DNA of 64,000 nucleotides from Zygnema circumcarinatum SAG 698-1b (Eukaryota; Plantae; Zygnematophyceae): NCBI GenBank assembly GCA_037447605.1, contig CM074811.1, positions 3,534,001 to 3,598,000 of the forward strand, read 5' to 3'. Shown piece by piece: positions 58,694 to 64,000 of this stretch (position 1 is its first letter; each line of letters starts with the position of its first letter). The notes under the pieces were generated by a model. It saw only the letters and a program-made list of their open reading frames with translations, ran no database searches and was not told where the DNA came from. The position numbers and the translations under genes were made by a program.

Positions 58694-59921
58694 ACGGGCC
58701 AATGAGCCACGGACTTGTAATGCGATACGATGCGATAGGATACAGTACGATATGTACGATACACGATAAGTGCGATACACACTCGATATATTGCAATGCG
58801 ATGCGAAACGATACGATACGGTATGCAGTGCAGGAGGCGCAGGGCATGGTTGAGCGGCCTCTCGCTGGCAGAGCATGCCATGGCCCCACGAGCGAACAGA
58901 TGCTGCTGCTGCTTGCTGCCTTCCTGCAATGCGGCCTGGAACAATCCGATGCTCAAAACAAGCGCAGCATCAGCATCAGCATCGCAAAAAGAGCCTGCAA
59001 ACCAAAAGGTAAGGTTTCGCTCGTCTTTTCGATTGTTGCACTGGTTCTGGGGAGTCGTGGGGGTGGTCAGTCTTGGTTGAGGATGTAAAGCAGCAAAACA
59101 CCATTATGCCAAACGTCTGCGGGTGCTGACTCTAGGGACAAAGCGGGCAATCTCCAAACCAGGACGGATACTTCCCTGAGGTTGTCCCGCCACATTCCAT
59201 TATTAGGCAGCGTGTCCCGGGAAGTCCGTCAGCAACTAGTGCTACAGAATTGCAGTACGAGTATTGCATTTGCAGTACGACCAAAAAGTCGGCAATGGAG
59301 GAAGGCCCTCAATGGAAAGTGAGCCTCTAAGATGTAGCTGCTTGCTATGTGGCAGCAGCTCGTCGGAGATCGTTTGCATACATAATCCCTTTGTGTACAG
59401 GTACAATCGCGTGATACGTAAAACTGTTTCAATTTTGACCATTGTTCGTTTGTGACATGATCGCAACGTTAAAAAAATCAACAAGAAAAAACCATCACTG
59501 ATAGTTAGAATAAGTTGAGGTCGAATCATTCATCCACTGTCCCAGAAACGGTTCATTCTTTACTGTCAAAGTGCCAAAGTTGCAACATTTGGCAGTAAGC
59601 TCCCTCAACCAGACTCCCCTTACAACTTAAATCTTCGTCAAAACGAGGAATTGAGCGGAGTTTTAATTAGGACAAATCGACGATCAACACCAAACTGCTG
59701 CAGTTTTACTACGCTTCTAAATCTGCACGGGAAAGGAGATTATTCGATGAACAACACTCAGACAAGCCATTTTGGAGTAAATAGGCGAGTTCCATATTTG
59801 TCTAACAACGTGAAAGAAATTGTTGAGCCTAAGGGCCCAAGGTCTACGCTAACAATAAAAAAGTGACATCATGTTTTAATACGAATAGAAAAGACCTGCA
59901 TCTAGAGGGGTGTAAGGTAAG

Positions 59922-62900
59922 TTATGGGAGAACCGCGTCCAGAGGGGGAGGCCCTGATGGAGGGGGTGTTGACAGCGGGGTTGGCGAAGGTGGGGGTGGC
60001 GACGGCGGGGGGGGCGATGGTGACGGAGGAGGGGGCGATGGTGAAGGAGGGGGGGATGGTGGAGGGGGCGATGGTGACGGCGGGGGGGGCGAAGGAGGGG
60101 GAACAGAAGGAGCGATGGGTGATGGTGACGGAGGGGGCGGCGAAGGAGGCGGTGGAGAAGGAGGGGGTGGCGAAGGAAGGGGTGGAGAAGGAGCGGGTGG
60201 CGAAGGAGGGGGTGGAGAAGGAGGGGGTGGCGATGGAGGGGGTGGCAATGGTGGCAGAGGGGGTGGGAACGATGGCGAAGGAGGGGGTGGAGAAGGAGGA
60301 GGCGGAGAAGGAGGGGGTGCCAATGGTGGGAGAGGGGGTGGGAGCGATCGCGACGGAGGGGGTGGCAATGGCGATAATGGGGGTGGTGATGGGGGCGGCG
60401 GTGATGGAGGGGGGGGCAAAGGAGGGGGTGATTGTGGCGGAGGGGAAGGAGGCGGTGACGGTGGAGGTCCTGGTGGAGGTTTGAAGGGAGGTGATGTGGG
60501 AGGAGAAGGTGGAGGTCGAGGACTGGGCCTGGGAGGTGGAGGCGACGGTGGAGGACTTGGCGGGGGTCTTGGGGGTGGGGAAGGAGGCGGAAATGGTGGG
60601 GGAAGCGGAGGAGGCTTTGGAGGTGGTGACGGTGGAGGTGAAGGAGGAGGATTAGGAGGGGGCCTTGGGGGAGGCTTTGGTGGTGGGGATGGTGGTGGAG
60701 AAGGTGGAGGGCGAGGTGGGGGTCTCGGAGGGGGTGAAGGCGGGGGGGATGGTGGAGGACTTGGTGGGGGTCTTGGAGGAGGCGATGGCGGTGGGGAAGG
60801 AGGGGGGCTTGGAGGAGGCTTGGGGGGAGGCGATGGCGGAGGTGATGGAGGAGGATTAGGAGGCGGCCTGGGGGGGGGTGAGGGTGGTGGGGATGGTGGT
60901 GGGGAGGGTGGTGGATTGGGCGGCGGTCTCGGAGGAGGAGGAGGAGGGGGAGAGGGTGGGGGGGGCGGTGGGGGCCTTGGGGGAGGTGATGGCGGTGGGG
61001 AAGGTGGAGGATTAGGAGGCGGCCGCGGCGGAGGTGACGGTGGTGGGGAGGGTGGTGGAGAGGGTGGTGGATTGGGTGGCGGTCGTGGAGGGGGAGAAGG
61101 AGGGGGAGACGGTGGGGGCCGTGGTGGGGGCCTTGGGGGAGGTGATGGCGGTGGGGAAGGAGGAGGGTTAGGAGGTGGTCTTGGGGGAGGGGTTGGTGGT
61201 GGCGATGGTGGTGGGGAAGGAGGTGGGCGAGGTGGTGGTCGCGGAGGGGGAGAAGGGGGAGATGGTGGAGGTGATAATACTTGGCCTGTACCGGCAATAA
61301 CATTCACCATGATGGGACTTTTGACAACGTACTGGCCATCGGTTGACGTCCAATTCCACTGTCCCATGGCGTAGTTTCCTGTACATCGTCAGAAATTAGT
61401 CAGTTCAGATACGTTATATAATTTTCCGATTTAGAAAGGAAGTTCAGCAAATTGTTGTGCAAGTGGCACTCACAACCACGAATCGGCTGCCGAGACTACA
61501 ACCAGCACAGAGTGATCTGTTGGGGGATTAATAAGTTTATATGCTGGTGCTAGGAAGTTCTTGGTTCTCGCGGGACAACTAATTTGGATGCAGCGCAAAG
61601 ACCTGACGAAAATCGAGACAAGCGATATATTACGAAACACACTCGTCAACTCACCTGTTTGGGAATTAGTTGTGATGACTGTTCCCACGACAGTGATAGT
61701 GAATGATAGCACTTGCTTAGTGGCATTGAACGAAAGCACAGACGGGGTGATTGTCACAATAGCTCCGCTTGGCTGGTTGATGGAGACTGTATAGGTTGAG
61801 ACAGCAGGGCCCACGTTCGTGACGCGCCGAACTGTGGTGAACCCACTGCTGGTAACACCACTCATCATGAGAGAAGGGGCGTTGTAATCGAATGGTTTAA
61901 AGCTGGTTGGGCAATAGCAGCGTGTGTTGGCGTATGCTGTGGCGTTAGGGTAGAGGGAGCACACGTGAAGGGCATAGTCACATGGTCCCGTCTCGTACAC
62001 AAGTCCCGGGTCCACTGCGTAGTTGGGCCGAACGAGTCCGCTGCCAAAGTCGTTGATGTTGCCGTCCATCAGTGCAGCTGCAAGTACAAAGCACCCGAGA
62101 ACATGATGGAATTAAGTCGTTGGACAGAACAAGACGAACTGACTTGTGACTGTGAAATGTCTTTTAGCAATCAGCTATGACTTAAGAGTGCATTCATCTC
62201 CGACCATCCCTTTTCGCAATAGTGCAACAAGAGCAGATTCTGTTCTGAAATGCACCCGGCAGGAGCGGAATTCACACACCATCGGCCTTGAGACCCCATT
62301 TGTTTACCGGTGGTTGAGATTGCGGAGTAGATGGCGGAAGCAGACCAGGTGGGCCGCAGAGAGCGCAGCAGCAGCGCAAGCCCAGACACGTGCGGGGTGG
62401 CCATGGATGTGCCCCACAGAAACGCCCACGTGGTCAACCGCGGGTCTAAGTCCGCTGGGAGGTCGTACGCCACTCGCTGAGGGATGTATGCAGCGAAGAC
62501 GTGAGACCCTGGTGCTGCCACGTCAGGCTGCACAGAGGCAGACAAAAGCAAAGGGTGTAAGTAAGCTGAGGGCAAAAGAACGCGTCCAAGAGCATATGCT
62601 TTGTCAGACCTGCATGGCCTCCTATGGCTGAATGAACTACCGAGTTCAAGTTTGGCAGATGCGACCAACAAGAATTCATGACAGAAAGGAACTCTATGCA
62701 CTGGTATGCAATAACGACAGTCAGAAGGTCACCAGTTTGGACTTTGAAGAATAACAGAGAGATGGGACGACACGTGGACACGGGTGGCAACAGCAAATAG
62801 TTTACCACAGCTGACAGCGCATACTTGAGCCTTTTGCAAGCATACCTTCATGTTGTCAATCAGAGGATTTGGACCTCTGGACGAATAGCTGTCCACGTAA

Positions 62901-64000
62901 GGCGGACCATTGGGTGGGGATCCCACCGGCACATACATTTCAAGGATTTTCGCAGTCGCATTCCTGTCAGGACGTCACTACAACATGGGGTCACTCACTC
63001 GTTCTGCTCACTTCATCGCCGAATCGTCGCCCCTAGTTGCGATTCCACTGATTGCACTGACTCAAACTGATTATCTATCTGAGTGATTCCGCCTTCCGCG
63101 GCTGCACCAACGACCACTTTTGAAACTGAAATTGTAAAATGGGAAGAGGGGCAAACTTACACCACCGCCTTCATATAATTCAGAATGTGCGACGTAGCGT
63201 AAGACATTGTGTGGATCGCCGGAAGAAGATGATACTCCAGTTTGGGTTGGCCCAACAGGACAAGGCCGGCCGCCCCCGCCTGCTTTGCCATGTAGCCCTG
63301 ACGGAGAGTATTGTAATAGTCCACGTCGCAGACTAGGATTTTCCCGGTCACTTTTGCGGGATCAAGGGTGCCATTCTTGCACAAGCTGCGGAAGAATCGC
63401 AAAAGGACGGGTCAACCACCATACGGATTGCAGTCGCAAAGATAAAGATAAGGAGCGAGCAAGTACGTGATGGCATCACAGAATGTGGGTGGAGATTCTC
63501 ATTTCTTACCCCGCATCCGTCACTGACACTCCTGGAAGGCCGGCTTGCTGGGCATAGATAAGCGGCAAGTAGTCTGCAGTTCCTGCAGCGTATGCGTATC
63601 CCTGCAACTCACAAACCCAGCAATTCATATGAAACCCCACTTCAGTCCCCAGACACCTCAGAACAAGCAGATTCCCCCCAATTCTAATGCAAACCATGGC
63701 GTAGAGCGCTGCTGCTGCTGCTGCTGCTGCTTCGAACTCACTCTGAGCGATTCCCCATTGCCCAACAAAATGGACTTGTTCGCGCTCCCCCCCTGGCCCC
63801 CTATGACGTCTCCCGCGTTGGGGAAGGTGGTGGCCGCCACGGAGAGCATCCATGGCGCGATGTTGTCCACCGTGCGCAGCGCGCTGCCCGCGTTCCCGGC
63901 CGCCACCACCACCGGGATGTCGGCCAGCATCGCGTTGAGGGCCGACTTGGCGATGGGGTCGTTGAGGGGGTACGGCGCGCCGTTGACCGGCCCGAGCGAG
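59922..64000 (-). CDS. Subtilisin-like S8 serine protease (3' part) with PA and Fn3-like domains and a Pro-rich extensin-like C-terminal tail
   Basis: [70 protein letters not shown], then [14 protein letters not shown] and the Pro-rich exon ending LDAVLP* at 59922. The 5' exons with the catalytic Asp and His lie beyond the window. Confidence 0.94.
59925..61275 (-). repeat. Coding tandem repeat of [16 protein letters not shown] units
   Basis: Degenerate 12-48 bp periodicity. It produces the antisense Gly-rich shadow ORF 59863-61374. Confidence 0.9.

Noticed and set aside
58860-59015. Plus-strand exon ending in a strong AAG|GTAAGG donor
   Set aside because: No downstream exon or recognisable product found; it overlaps the likely PPR 5' region on the other strand.
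59863-61374. 503-aa Gly-rich plus-strand ORF and the overlapping His/Pro and Glu/Gly frames
   Set aside because: Shadow frames of the Pro-rich subtilase exon; low-complexity repeats lack stop codons by construction.

Overview
Eukaryotic nuclear DNA with GT-AG introns and plant-type gene families, most likely a streptophyte alga or early-diverging plant (inference, not a database match). Two gene-rich arms flank a repeat block at about 13.3-27.2 kb. Left arm (minus strand): a partial unidentified gene, a LONELY GUY (LOG) phosphoribohydrolase, and an organelle-type type IA topoisomerase whose last exons splice in frame into a SWIB domain. Repeat block: a BED-finger remnant, an AT-rich island carrying a decayed Bacteroidota-like EF-G (fusA) fragment, a nest of Ty1/copia remnants, a ~215-bp tandem repeat and a hAT-type MITE. 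Two exactly 130-bp LTRs in the nest are largely built from a tRNA-like sequence; one is a solo LTR with a perfect 5-bp TSD and the other is followed by a tRNA-iMet PBS. Right arm: cardiolipin synthase, a DM13-DOMON-DOMON-cytochrome b561 protein, V-ATPase G, SYF1, organellar uS15, eL24, COX6a, a MITE beside tRNA-Thr(CGU), an unidentified gene, a PPR-SMR protein and the 3' part of a subtilase with a ~450-residue extensin-like tail. Strongest leads: the tRNA-derived mini-LTR, the Bacteroidota-like EF-G fossil and the TopIA-SWIB fusion. Exons were assembled by eye and family calls rest on remembered motifs. No searches were run, and coordinates flagged approximate may be off by some bases.
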